Below, piece by piece: positions 9,412-17,515 of a DNA stretch of 36,933 nucleotides; the stretch's first letter is position 1; every line of letters begins with the position of its first letter. The DNA is taken from assembly GCA_900313515.1 (NCBI GenBank), contig OMRK01000132.1:1-36933 (forward strand), written 5' to 3'. This DNA comes from an uncultured bacterium (GTDB taxonomy: Bacteria > Vulcanimicrobiota > Xenobia > Xenobiales > Xenobiaceae). The position numbers and the translations under genes are program-made. Under the pieces are notes generated by a model that was not told where the DNA came from, searched no databases, and saw only the letters and a program-made list of their open reading frames with translations.

Positions 9412-10707
9412 ATGGGACGATTTACCGGACTGCTAGGCATGGCCTTCATCCTAGGCATGGCCTACCTATTCTCTCACAACCGCAAAGCCATAAATTGGCG
9501 GACCGTGGGCTGGGGGCTTGGGTTACAGATTCTTTTAGGACTTTTTGTATTAAAAACAAGCTGGGGAAGCGGCCTCTTCAGCTGGTTAGGCAGGCTGGTC
9601 AATAAGCTGCTGGAATTCAACAAGGCCGGTTCTAATTTTGTATTTGGCAACATAGTGCCAATCGGGGCTCCCCAAGAGCCTTTCGGATTCATATTCGCTT
9701 TCCAGGTACTGCCAGCCATCATCTTCGTAGGCTCGTTGATATCTATTGCCTATTACTTGGGCATTATGCAATGGATCGTCAGCGTAGTATCCAAGCTAGT
9801 GGTAAAGACCATGCAGACTTCCGGTGCAGAAAGCCTTTATGCCATCGCCACAATTTTTGTGGGTCAGAGTGAAGCCCCACTTATGATTAAGCCTTACGTG
9901 GAAAAAATGACCAAGTCCGAGCTCAATACCATCATGACCGGTGGTATGGCCACCATTGCCGGTTCCGTACTCTTTTCCTACGTAGCTATGTTAGGTGAGG
10001 AATGGGCTCCCCATATAATCACAGCTTCTATCATGGGAGCTCCAGCCGGTCTTCTGCTCTCCAAGATGCTTTATCCCGAGGAAGAGACTCCTGAGACATC
10101 TTCAGCGGTCACACTAAAAAAGGAGACTACTCATGGCTCGATCATCGAAGCCATCTCCAGCGGTGCTATAGATGGCATGCACCTAGCCTTCATAGTGGGA
10201 ACTTCTCTTATCGCCTTCATCGCCATTATCGCCATGCTGAACGGCTTCCTTGGCTGGTGCGGCGGTTACATGGATATGATTGCTGGCCATTTCGGCATGA
10301 CCTTCATTCCCGGCGAGAATTTCTCCATTCAGACTATTTTAGGCTGGATTCTTTGTCCTATTGCCTTCCTAGTGGGTGCCCCCTGGCAAGATGCCCAGAT
10401 TGTCGGTTCCCTCATTGGTGAAAAGATCGTGTTAAACGAGTTCGTAGCCTATTCTGACCTCTTAAACCACATGACCGTCAACAACATACCGGCCACTGCT
10501 CAAGAGTTGACCCAGAAAGGCAAACTGATCGCCACCTTTGCTCTGTGCGGCTTTGCCAACTTCTCCTCGATAGGCATTAACGTAGGCTGCATAGGCGGTC
10601 TGGCTCCCAGCCGAAAGTCTGATCTAGCTAAGCTCGGCATGCGAGCTATGTGCGGCGGCGCCATGGCTTCCTTGATGACCGCAAGCTTAGTAGGCATGCT
10701 TATGTAA
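9412..10707 (+). CDS. nupC: NupC/CNT-family concentrative nucleoside transporter
   Basis: The ORF opens at 9286, but the family-typical N-terminus MGRFTGLLGMAFILGMAYLFSHNRKAINWRTV starts at ATG 9412, with GAAAGG 13 nt upstream. The preceding 42 codons contain a T9 run and hairpins and look like a leader. The protein is polytopic with typical NupC blocks (FVFGN..., GQSEAPL, FALCGFANFSSIG). Confidence 0.85.
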   Translation: MGRFTGLLGMAFILGMAYLFSHNRKAINWRTVGWGLGLQILLGLFVLKTSWGSGLFSWLGRLVNKLLEFNKAGSNFVFGNIVPIGAPQEPFGFIFAFQVLPAIIFVGSLISIAYYLGIMQWIVSVVSKLVVKTMQTSGAESLYAIATIFVGQSEAPLMIKPYVEKMTKSELNTIMTGGMATIAGSVLFSYVAMLGEEWAPHIITASIMGAPAGLLLSKMLYPEEETPETSSAVTLKKETTHGSIIEAISSGAIDGMHLAFIVGTSLIAFIAIIAMLNGFLGWCGGYMDMIAGHFGMTFIPGENFSIQTILGWILCPIAFLVGAPWQDAQIVGSLIGEKIVLNEFVAYSDLLNHMTVNNIPATAQELTQKGKLIATFALCGFANFSSIGINVGCIGGLAPSRKSDLAKLGMRAMCGGAMASLMTASLVGMLM

Positions 10708-10727
10708 ATAGGTTCACTACAGATGAA

Positions 10728-10760
10728 AGCCGACGGGGACTCCTTCCCCCGTCGGTTGAT
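10728..10760 (+). terminator. Hairpin downstream of nupC (candidate intrinsic terminator)
   Basis: Perfect 9-bp stem CCGACGGGG (10730-10738) / CCCCGTCGG (10747-10755) with an 8-nt loop, 23 nt after the nupC stop. The tail is only TTGAT, so the U-tract is weak. Confidence 0.5.
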
Positions 10761-10762
10761 AA

Positions 10763-10879
10763 ACTAGGAAAATAGTTGGTCGAAAAAGTACACCTTAGCG
10801 GCCCCCTTTCTAACAACTAGGAAATAGGAAAATTTTCACTGGAATGGGGCGAAATTTTCAGAAGCCCCTTTCTAAACAA
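10763..10879. repeat. Two-copy imperfect tandem direct repeat (54 and 64 nt units)
   Basis: Each unit begins ACTAGGAAA(A)TAG (10763-10775; 10816-10827) and ends GCCCC(C)TTTCTAA(A)CAA (10801-10816; 10864-10879). The second unit contains the hairpin GGGGC(10846-10850)/GCCCC(10864-10868) followed by TTTCT. Confidence 0.45.
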
Positions 10880-11056
10880 AAAATCATGCCTTCCGCTTTT
10901 TTGTAGTTCTACACGTAATTTTAGCTACAGTATTTCTCCGTTTTTTGCGCATTATTGTATTTTCGAATTTATTTCTGCATATCATCTCGCACTTAGTATG
11001 CACAAAAAAAACAAAAAATTTTGCGAAAAATTATTGTTTTTTGCTTCTTTTACGCT

Positions 11057-11123
11057 GCAAAACGATTGTTTATTGCAGAAAATTGCGCTAAAATATAGCA
11101 GTTGCTTTGGAAAATCGTTTTGC
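11057..11123. promoter_or_regulatory. 11-bp perfect inverted repeat within the AT-rich intergenic region
   Basis: GCAAAACGATT (11057-11067) and AATCGTTTTGC (11113-11123) are separated by 45 nt. It could be an RNA stem or a pair of protein-binding half-sites. Function unknown. Confidence 0.3.
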
Positions 11124-11208
11124 CAACAGTAATATTGTATTAAGTTGCCGTGTGTTTTGCACTCTAATCAGTTTTTGTAAGTTTTTTAGACGCCTTAGGC
11201 GGGACAGA

Positions 11209-11299
11209 GTGACAATAAACATATTTAACGGTATGTTGGCGGACGCGGTGGAGCTCTCGGGTCGGCAACAGACGGAGCGAGAGCGCGGTTTTGTTGTTT
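11209..11299 (+). promoter_or_regulatory. Candidate sigma70-like promoter plus leader hairpin/U-tract upstream of the TPR gene
   Basis: GTGACA (11209-11214), a 17-nt spacer, then TATGTT (11232-11237). Downstream is the stem GCTCTCG (11253-11259) / CGAGAGC (11278-11284), optionally extended by CGC (11244-11246) / GCG (11285-11287), followed by GTTTTGTTGTTT (11288-11299), about 45 nt before ATG 11344. This is pattern matching only. Confidence 0.3.
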
Positions 11300-11343
11300 A
11301 TATTTAAATTTATGTAAAGTATAGAAAGAGCTGATTTTTCAGG

Positions 11344-12639
11344 ATGCCTAACTCTGAATCCTCGGTAAAAAAGGATATTGTTGTTGGTGCGGTTGGTTCT
11401 GGTTCTAAGCAGAGCAGCAGGCTTCTTTATTTTGCCAATTACAATAGTAGCGTTAATTTCCGCTACTATCGGGAGATGGGGGACTGTCTGCGCGGCAGGG
11501 GCAAATTTCAGGAGGCCAGGATAGCTTGGGAGCGTGCTGCTGAACTGGAGCCTAACGATATAGACATTCATCTGGATTTGGGGGCTTTATTAGCAGAAAA
11601 CGGTGAGCTGGAGGCGGCCATTTCGCACTTCGAAAAGGCGGTCAAGTTAGATTCTGACAACATCGACGCGAACTATTTTTTAGGTTTGGCTCATTTCAGG
11701 CTTGAACATTTTAGACAGGCCTTAAAGTTTTGGAAGCACTGCTTCAAATGTAAAGCAGAGGATTTGGATGAAGTCGGTTTGCGCATGTGTTTGGCCGAAG
11801 CTTACCGAGCCTTGGGTCGTTTCAAAAAGGCTATTTTCCAGCTTTACGAAATACTGGGACAGAGCCCTTACAACCTCGATGCTTACAATGTTCTTTCCAT
11901 GGTCTTTTTCGAAATGGGGGAAGAGGTGTTGGCCATGGAGGTTCTGCAGAAGGCCATCGCCTACGGTCCCGATTTTTACCGTTCCCATCTCAACCTGGGT
12001 GTGATTTATTTCAGCCGCGGTGCCATAGATATGGCCATTCATGAGTTCAGGAAGGCATGCAAGTGCAATCCACTGGATGCCGATTCCTTCTACAACTTAG
12101 CTCGTTCCCTGTCTGTGCGCGGCGATATAGATGGAGCCTGCGTGGCTCTGTACCGTTCCATAGAGCTGGATTCTACTCAGCTCGATGGCCTGAGTCTTCT
12201 TGGAAATCTTGAACTCGTGCGCGGTCGATATAACGAGGCTCGTAGCCACTTTGCTAAAATTCTCGAAACCGATCCGGACAATGTGGATATCCTTTGTGCT
12301 ATGGCCGAAGCTGAACACCTTCTCTATAACTACCAGGAAGCTGAAACCTATCTGCAGAAGGCCCTCAAGCTGGAGCCCAAGAATCCCATGGTTCACTACT
12401 CTTTGGCACTTCTTTACAGGGATCAGAGCAAAATGTTATCAAAATCTTTGAGTCACATGCGCATGGCTGTAGAGTTGGCTGAAGAGACCCCAGAGTTGCA
12501 ATTGCTTTATGGCGATATTCTGGCAGATAGCGGCAAAATGGGAAAGGCCATGGAAGCTTGGGGAAGAGCTGTTGAACTCGATCCCCAGCTGGCTGATGAT
12601 GTAAACTCCAGGCTTAAAAGTAGAAACCAACGAGAGTAG
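11344..12639 (+). CDS. Tetratricopeptide (TPR) repeat protein
   Basis: 431 aa with about ten consecutive 34-residue units carrying the W/L-G-Y-A-F-A-P pattern (for example AWERAAELEPNDIDIHLDLGALLAENGELEAAISHFEKAVKLDSDN). GAAAGAG lies 13 nt upstream of the ATG. Confidence 0.85.
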   Translation: MPNSESSVKKDIVVGAVGSGSKQSSRLLYFANYNSSVNFRYYREMGDCLRGRGKFQEARIAWERAAELEPNDIDIHLDLGALLAENGELEAAISHFEKAVKLDSDNIDANYFLGLAHFRLEHFRQALKFWKHCFKCKAEDLDEVGLRMCLAEAYRALGRFKKAIFQLYEILGQSPYNLDAYNVLSMVFFEMGEEVLAMEVLQKAIAYGPDFYRSHLNLGVIYFSRGAIDMAIHEFRKACKCNPLDADSFYNLARSLSVRGDIDGACVALYRSIELDSTQLDGLSLLGNLELVRGRYNEARSHFAKILETDPDNVDILCAMAEAEHLLYNYQEAETYLQKALKLEPKNPMVHYSLALLYRDQSKMLSKSLSHMRMAVELAEETPELQLLYGDILADSGKMGKAMEAWGRAVELDPQLADDVNSRLKSRNQRE

Positions 12640-12669
12640 TAAAAAGCGGAAGTTCGGTCGAACATACCT

Positions 12670-12716
12670 AAGGGCCAACGGAGAAACTCCCACCAGGAGA
12701 TTCTCGGCTGGCCCTT
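12670..12716 (+). other. Long imperfect hairpin in the TPR-kamD intergenic region
   Basis: Nested complementary segments: AAGGGCCA (12670-12677)/TGGCCCTT (12709-12716), GAGAA/TTCTC and CTCC/GGAG, about 17 bp in total with small internal loops. No U-tract follows, so it is not a canonical terminator. Confidence 0.4.
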
Positions 12717-12745
12717 CAATTCGTTACAAAAGGAAAGATCACTGT

Positions 12746-14377
12746 ATGGAAAATGTTAAGGCTTCTAAGCTAGGCCTCTCTCCGGAAAAGATTGCCCGGG
12801 CGAGAGAACTGGCCGCTTCTATTGCCAAACCCATAGAGGAATTTATCGACAACCACACTACTGTTACCGTGGAACGCGCCACCCTGCGCTTGGCCGGAGC
12901 CGATGGTGCCGATTCCCAAGGGGTGCCCGTCCCGAATATATTAGTTGATCAGGTCAGGGAACATTTGGAAGATGGAGCTCTGCTCCCCTACGTCAATGCC
13001 CTAGTCAAGCTAGGCCTTACCGTAGAAGAGTTAAATCGTCAGGTTGCCGAGAAAGGCCTTAACATTGCCCAGATTCCCATGGGGGACCGCGCGGCCCTGG
13101 AAGCCAAAGCCCAGGAGTTAGTTGAATCCTTTGCCGAACGTGTGGGAAGAACCAGACGTAAGCGTCAAGAACTTCAAGCCAAGTACAGTGGCAAAAATAA
13201 CGATCCCTTACTCTATCTCATTGTGGCCACCGGCAACATTTACGAGGATGTCGAACAGGCTAAAGCTGCCGCTTCCCAAGGCGCCGATGTTATCGCCGTC
13301 ATTCGCACCACAGCTCAGAGTCTTTTGGATTACGTCCCCTACGGTGCCACCACCGAAGGTTTCGGCGGTACCTACGCCACCCAGGAGAACTTCCGCATAA
13401 TGCGCAAGGCCTTGGACGAAGCTATCGAGAAGGAAGGCCGCTACATCTACCTCACCAACTACGCATCGGGCCTATGCATGCCAGAAATTGCCGCCATGGG
13501 CGCCGTTGAACGTCTGGATATGATGCTCAACGATTCCATCTATGGCATTCTCTTCCGCGACATCAACATGTACCGCACTTTCGTAGATCAGCGTTTCTCC
13601 AGGATGATTGACTCCTACGCCGGCATTATTATCAATACCGGTGAGGATAACTACCTGACGACCTCCGACGCTGTAGAAAAGGCCTACACCGTAACGGCTA
13701 GCCAATTCTTAAATGAGCGCTTCGCCTACAACGCCGGCCTGCCCGCCCGCCTCATGGGTTTAGGTCACGCCTTCGAAATGGATCCCTCCATTAAGAACGG
13801 CTTCTTAATGGAGCTGGCCCAGGCCCAACTGGCCCGCGAGCTCTTCCCCGAACACCCACTCAAATACATGCCTCCCACCAAATGGATGACCGGCAACATC
13901 TTCAAGGGCCACGTTCAAGATGCAATGTTCAATTTCGTCTCAAAGGCAACCAACCAGGGGATCCATCTTCTGGGCATGCTCACTGAAGCGATCCACACAC
14001 CTTTCATGATGGATCGCGGCTTATCTCTGGAAAATGCCAAATATGTTATGAATAACATGGCCGATTTCGCCTCGGAAATCGAGTTCAAACCCGATGGTAT
14101 AATCGTTCGCCGCGCCCACCAGGTTTTCGATGAAGCCATAGAGTTTATGGAGCAACTGGATAAGATCGGCCTGATGAGCGGTATAGAAGAAGGACTCTTT
14201 GCCGACATTAAGAGACCCAAAAACGGCGGTAAGGGCCTGGATGGCCTCGAAGAAAAGGGCCCAGGCTACTATAATCCTTTTGCCGATTTCTTAATGGAAC
14301 AGCTGCATATCGACAAGAACCACCGCGAAGCCTCCGACCGCGCCTTCGGACTGCAAGAGGACGCCAGCCGCGCCTAA
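12746..14377 (+). CDS. kamD: Lysine 5,6-aminomutase alpha subunit (KamD)
   Basis: Long blocks match the Clostridium sticklandii KamD sequence as I remember it: HTTVTVERA, LLYLIVATGNIYEDVEQA, GADVIAVIRTTAQSLLDYVPYGATTEGFGGTYATQENFR, CMPEIAAMGA, INTGEDNYLTT, LKYMPPTKWMTGNIFKGH, HLLGMLTEAIHTPF, KRPKNGGKGL. Confidence 0.9.
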   Translation: MENVKASKLGLSPEKIARARELAASIAKPIEEFIDNHTTVTVERATLRLAGADGADSQGVPVPNILVDQVREHLEDGALLPYVNALVKLGLTVEELNRQVAEKGLNIAQIPMGDRAALEAKAQELVESFAERVGRTRRKRQELQAKYSGKNNDPLLYLIVATGNIYEDVEQAKAAASQGADVIAVIRTTAQSLLDYVPYGATTEGFGGTYATQENFRIMRKALDEAIEKEGRYIYLTNYASGLCMPEIAAMGAVERLDMMLNDSIYGILFRDINMYRTFVDQRFSRMIDSYAGIIINTGEDNYLTTSDAVEKAYTVTASQFLNERFAYNAGLPARLMGLGHAFEMDPSIKNGFLMELAQAQLARELFPEHPLKYMPPTKWMTGNIFKGHVQDAMFNFVSKATNQGIHLLGMLTEAIHTPFMMDRGLSLENAKYVMNNMADFASEIEFKPDGIIVRRAHQVFDEAIEFMEQLDKIGLMSGIEEGLFADIKRPKNGGKGLDGLEEKGPGYYNPFADFLMEQLHIDKNHREASDRAFGLQEDASRA

Positions 14378-14398
14378 AAAGAGAGGGAAGAAGAAAAT

Positions 14399-15124
14399 AT
14401 GATCGTTAAACCTTATGGAGATACCCTTAATGATGGTGCGGTACAGCTTTCTTTTACTCTGCCCATACCCTTAGATGCCAAAGGCCGCGAGGCTGCCCGG
14501 CTTCTGGTCGAGAAATGGGGGCTGGAGCAGGTTGAAGTAGTTCACGCCCACGCCTTATCGGATAATTACTCCTTCTACGCGGTATATGCTCACAGCCCCG
14601 TAGGCATTGAAATGGACAATGTTTATGTGGAAGATGTCCAGAGCGCCAAAGTCTACACTATGGACGAAACCGATGCCATCATTGCCGAGCAATTCGGTCG
14701 CAAGGTGGTGGTGGTGGGGGCCTGCACCGGCTTTGATGCCCACACCGTCGGTATCGATGCCATCATGAACATGAAGGGTTACAACCACCACTTCGGCTTG
14801 GAGCGCTACAGCCAGATCGAGGCTCACAATCTTGGAGCCCAGGTTCCCAATGAGAAGCTCATAGATTACGCCGTGAAGGTAAATGCCGATGCTATACTGG
14901 TTTCACAGATAGTAACTCAGAAAGATATTCACATCAAAAACCTGACCGAGTTCATTGAACTTTTGGAAGCCAGAGGTTTGCGCGAACGCTTCATTCTGAT
15001 TGTGGGCGGAAGCCGCATAAGCAACAAGCTGGCCCTGGAGCTGGGCTTCGATGCTGGATTCGGCCAGGGCACTTACGCCGATGATGTGGCTACATTTATT
15101 GTGGACAGGCTGCTGGAAAAATAA
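14399..15124 (+). CDS. kamE: Lysine 5,6-aminomutase beta subunit (KamE), cobalamin-binding
   Basis: VKPYGDTLNDGAVQLSFTLP, the DxHxxG cobalamin motif in GFDAHTVGIDAIMNMKGY, and SQIVTQKDIHIKNLTEFIELLEARGLRERF all match KamE. It starts 21 nt after kamD, with GAGAGGGAAG upstream. Confidence 0.9.
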   Translation: MIVKPYGDTLNDGAVQLSFTLPIPLDAKGREAARLLVEKWGLEQVEVVHAHALSDNYSFYAVYAHSPVGIEMDNVYVEDVQSAKVYTMDETDAIIAEQFGRKVVVVGACTGFDAHTVGIDAIMNMKGYNHHFGLERYSQIEAHNLGAQVPNEKLIDYAVKVNADAILVSQIVTQKDIHIKNLTEFIELLEARGLRERFILIVGGSRISNKLALELGFDAGFGQGTYADDVATFIVDRLLEK

Positions 15125-15181
15125 GAGGGCCTGACAGAACGGCATGCGGGTTAGGCTCCGTTCCGTATCTGGATCAAGACA

Positions 15182-17443
15182 GTGGCAGATTTTTTTCCAA
15201 AAACCAGCGGGCCTCTGAACGAGCTTTACGAGGTCCTCTTCGAACATTGCGATGCCTCTCAAGGTGAAGAAGCCCGCAGAAGCTTGAGTAGGCTAGGCGT
15301 GCGCCTGGCCTTCTGCCTATGTGCCGAAGCCTACGGACTCTTCCACTGCCAAGGCGCTTTACGCACTTATCTAGAAAATTCGGCTACCAGCAACTTCAGT
15401 GAATTGCTAGTTCAGTTGTTCCGTGTTTTAGGCACCCCGAAAAAACAGCGTCCCCATAACTTAGAAGCTGAGCTGATGGCGTTTCCCTATGTAAGCGGCG
15501 GCTTGTTCAAAGAGGTAGACGACCCTCCCCTACTCGGCGACTCCGTGCGCACGGTGTTTTTAAACCATACTCGTGAAAGTTACGCTTGGGGTGACCTGCC
15601 TTGCACTGTTTTAGGCGACATTTTTGAAAGTGCCTTGAGTCCCAGCATCCGCCGCCAAGGCGGTATACACTATACTAACATTGAAAATATACACAAGTTA
15701 ATAGGTCCTCTCTTTTTGGACGATTTGAAATCCGAATTCATCGCCATAAAAACGGGCTATCCAAAATCACCAGAGGCCAAAATTGAGGCTTTCAAAAAAT
15801 TTCAGCAGAAACTGAGTTGTTTGACCTTTTTGGATCCAGCCTGCGGTGCGGGAAGTTTTTTAGTCGAGGCTTACATTTCTCTACGGCATCTGGAGAACGA
15901 AGTTATTAAAGAACTAAAGGCTATCGGGACCGAACCGAACTTTCCCATCTCTGTTAGCCTCAGCCAATTTTACGGTCTTGAGCTTCACACCTTTGCTGCA
16001 GCAACTGCTCGGGCCACCTTGTGGCTTGCCGAAGGTTACCTGCAAGCCCAAACCCAACATATTACCGGCCCAATAAGCGGATTTCAGCCCTTCACAAGCC
16101 GCCTAAATATACATGAAGGCAATGCCCTACGCCTGGACTGGGCCAAATTCATCGCTCCGGCCAACCTCAATTACATAATGGGGAACCCACCTTTCGTGGG
16201 CCATCAATGGCGCAGCAAGGAGCAGGTAGAAGACATGCGAGTGGCCTTTCCAGATTTACCTCGACATGGCAAACTAGATTATGTCTGTGCCTGGTATGCT
16301 AAAGCCGCAACCTACATGCAAGGTACTTCCATTTCAGCGGCTTTCGTTTCCACTAATTCTATATGCCAAGGTGAATCGGTGGGAATTCTGTGGCCTTATT
16401 TAATAGAGAAAAAACATGTAGAAATTCAGTTTGCTCACACTTCCTTTGCCTGGTCAGGTACCCTTCCCGGGCAGGCTGCTGTTTACGTGGTGATAGTTGG
16501 ATTTGGTCAAACTCCACTAACTCACCCCCGAAAGCTCTACTCGGAGGGCCACGCAGAAACAGTTCCTCACATCAACGGCTTCCTGATCAATGCTCCAGAT
16601 ATTTTCATAAAAGCCCGCGGCCGTTCTCTGAGCGGCCTACCTAAAATGAGCAAGGGTAGCCAAGCCACCGATGGCGGCTGGCTAATTATGTCTTCTCAGG
16701 AGCGGGACGAACTTCTGAATCGTTACATCCAAGCCGCTCCCTTTGTGCGCCGCTTTGCCAGCGGGGAAGATTACGTAAACAACAAAATTCGCTACTGTCT
16801 ATGGCTAGAAGGCGTACCATCGCAAACTTACAGTCAGATTCCGCCCATAATGGAGCGCCTGCGGAAAGTGACCATGGTACGTTCCCAAAGTCCCACAGCT
16901 TCAGTGAGAAGTGCGGCCCAAACTCCGGCCCTCTTCACCCAGATCCGTCAACCCAGAACCCCTTACCTAGCCGTCCCCGTTGTCTCCTCGCACCAGCGAC
17001 GCTATATTCCCATAGGCTACCTGCCCCCTGACATTATCGGTAGTGATCAAATTTACATTATTCCCAACGCTGGGCTCTATCTGTTTGGGGTATTAATTTC
17101 CAGCCTCCACATGACCTGGACGCGCATCTTTGCCGGTCGATTGGGCCTAGGTTTCCGCTACTCTCCGGCTATATACAACAATTTTCCTTGGCTCTGTCTC
17201 AATCCCGTCCAAAGGGCGGATATAGAAACAAGTGCTCTAGCCATCCTCAAGGCCCGAGCCCTCTATCCAGATCGTAGCCTGGCCGCTCTGTACAACGACC
17301 AGACCATGCCCCCGGAGCTAAAGGTCGCTCATCAAGCCAACGACCTAAATGTTATGCAAGCCTACGGATTTAAGCAGAACCTAACTGAAGCTGAAAGTAT
17401 AGCTAGGTTAATAGAGTTATATCGAAAACAGGTCGGGTACTAA
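15182..17443 (+). CDS. MmeI-family (type IIL/IIG-like) N6-adenine DNA methyltransferase lacking the N-terminal endonuclease domain
   Basis: Motif I is FLDPACGAGSFL (from D218, 15833). Motif IV is NPPF (16184-16195, N335). The N-terminal LAFCLCAEAYGLF resembles the MmeI helical-spacer signature. The C-terminal RYIPIGY...GRLGLGFRYSPAIYNNFPW...SLAALYNDQTMPPELKVAHQANDLNVMQAYGF is the MmeI-type TRD/C-terminal signature. It has a GTG start, no convincing SD, and an in-frame TAG at 15152-15154. Confidence 0.85.
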   Translation: MADFFPKTSGPLNELYEVLFEHCDASQGEEARRSLSRLGVRLAFCLCAEAYGLFHCQGALRTYLENSATSNFSELLVQLFRVLGTPKKQRPHNLEAELMAFPYVSGGLFKEVDDPPLLGDSVRTVFLNHTRESYAWGDLPCTVLGDIFESALSPSIRRQGGIHYTNIENIHKLIGPLFLDDLKSEFIAIKTGYPKSPEAKIEAFKKFQQKLSCLTFLDPACGAGSFLVEAYISLRHLENEVIKELKAIGTEPNFPISVSLSQFYGLELHTFAAATARATLWLAEGYLQAQTQHITGPISGFQPFTSRLNIHEGNALRLDWAKFIAPANLNYIMGNPPFVGHQWRSKEQVEDMRVAFPDLPRHGKLDYVCAWYAKAATYMQGTSISAAFVSTNSICQGESVGILWPYLIEKKHVEIQFAHTSFAWSGTLPGQAAVYVVIVGFGQTPLTHPRKLYSEGHAETVPHINGFLINAPDIFIKARGRSLSGLPKMSKGSQATDGGWLIMSSQERDELLNRYIQAAPFVRRFASGEDYVNNKIRYCLWLEGVPSQTYSQIPPIMERLRKVTMVRSQSPTASVRSAAQTPALFTQIRQPRTPYLAVPVVSSHQRRYIPIGYLPPDIIGSDQIYIIPNAGLYLFGVLISSLHMTWTRIFAGRLGLGFRYSPAIYNNFPWLCLNPVQRADIETSALAILKARALYPDRSLAALYNDQTMPPELKVAHQANDLNVMQAYGFKQNLTEAESIARLIELYRKQVGY

Positions 17444-17515
17444 GAATTTAATAACTTTTTCAAACACATTGGCTTTTAGATTATGTTACATTCAGATGCA
17501 GCTGCCTCGGCCACC

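Noticed and set aside
10763-10879. Possible CRISPR array or mobile-element terminal repeats
   Set aside because: There are only two imperfect copies with no regular repeat-spacer periodicity. The window has no cas genes, transposase or integrase.
10860-11340. Replication origin (AT-rich, repeat-rich)
   Set aside because: I found no TTATCCACA-like DnaA boxes or their complements in the region, and no dnaA, dnaN or gidA nearby.
11107-11571. ORFs 11107..11307 (+) and 11164..11571 (-) in the AT-rich spacer
   Set aside because: They have no SD and odd composition. The minus-strand ORF overlaps the well-supported TPR gene start, and such frames are expected by chance in AT-rich DNA that happens to lack stops.
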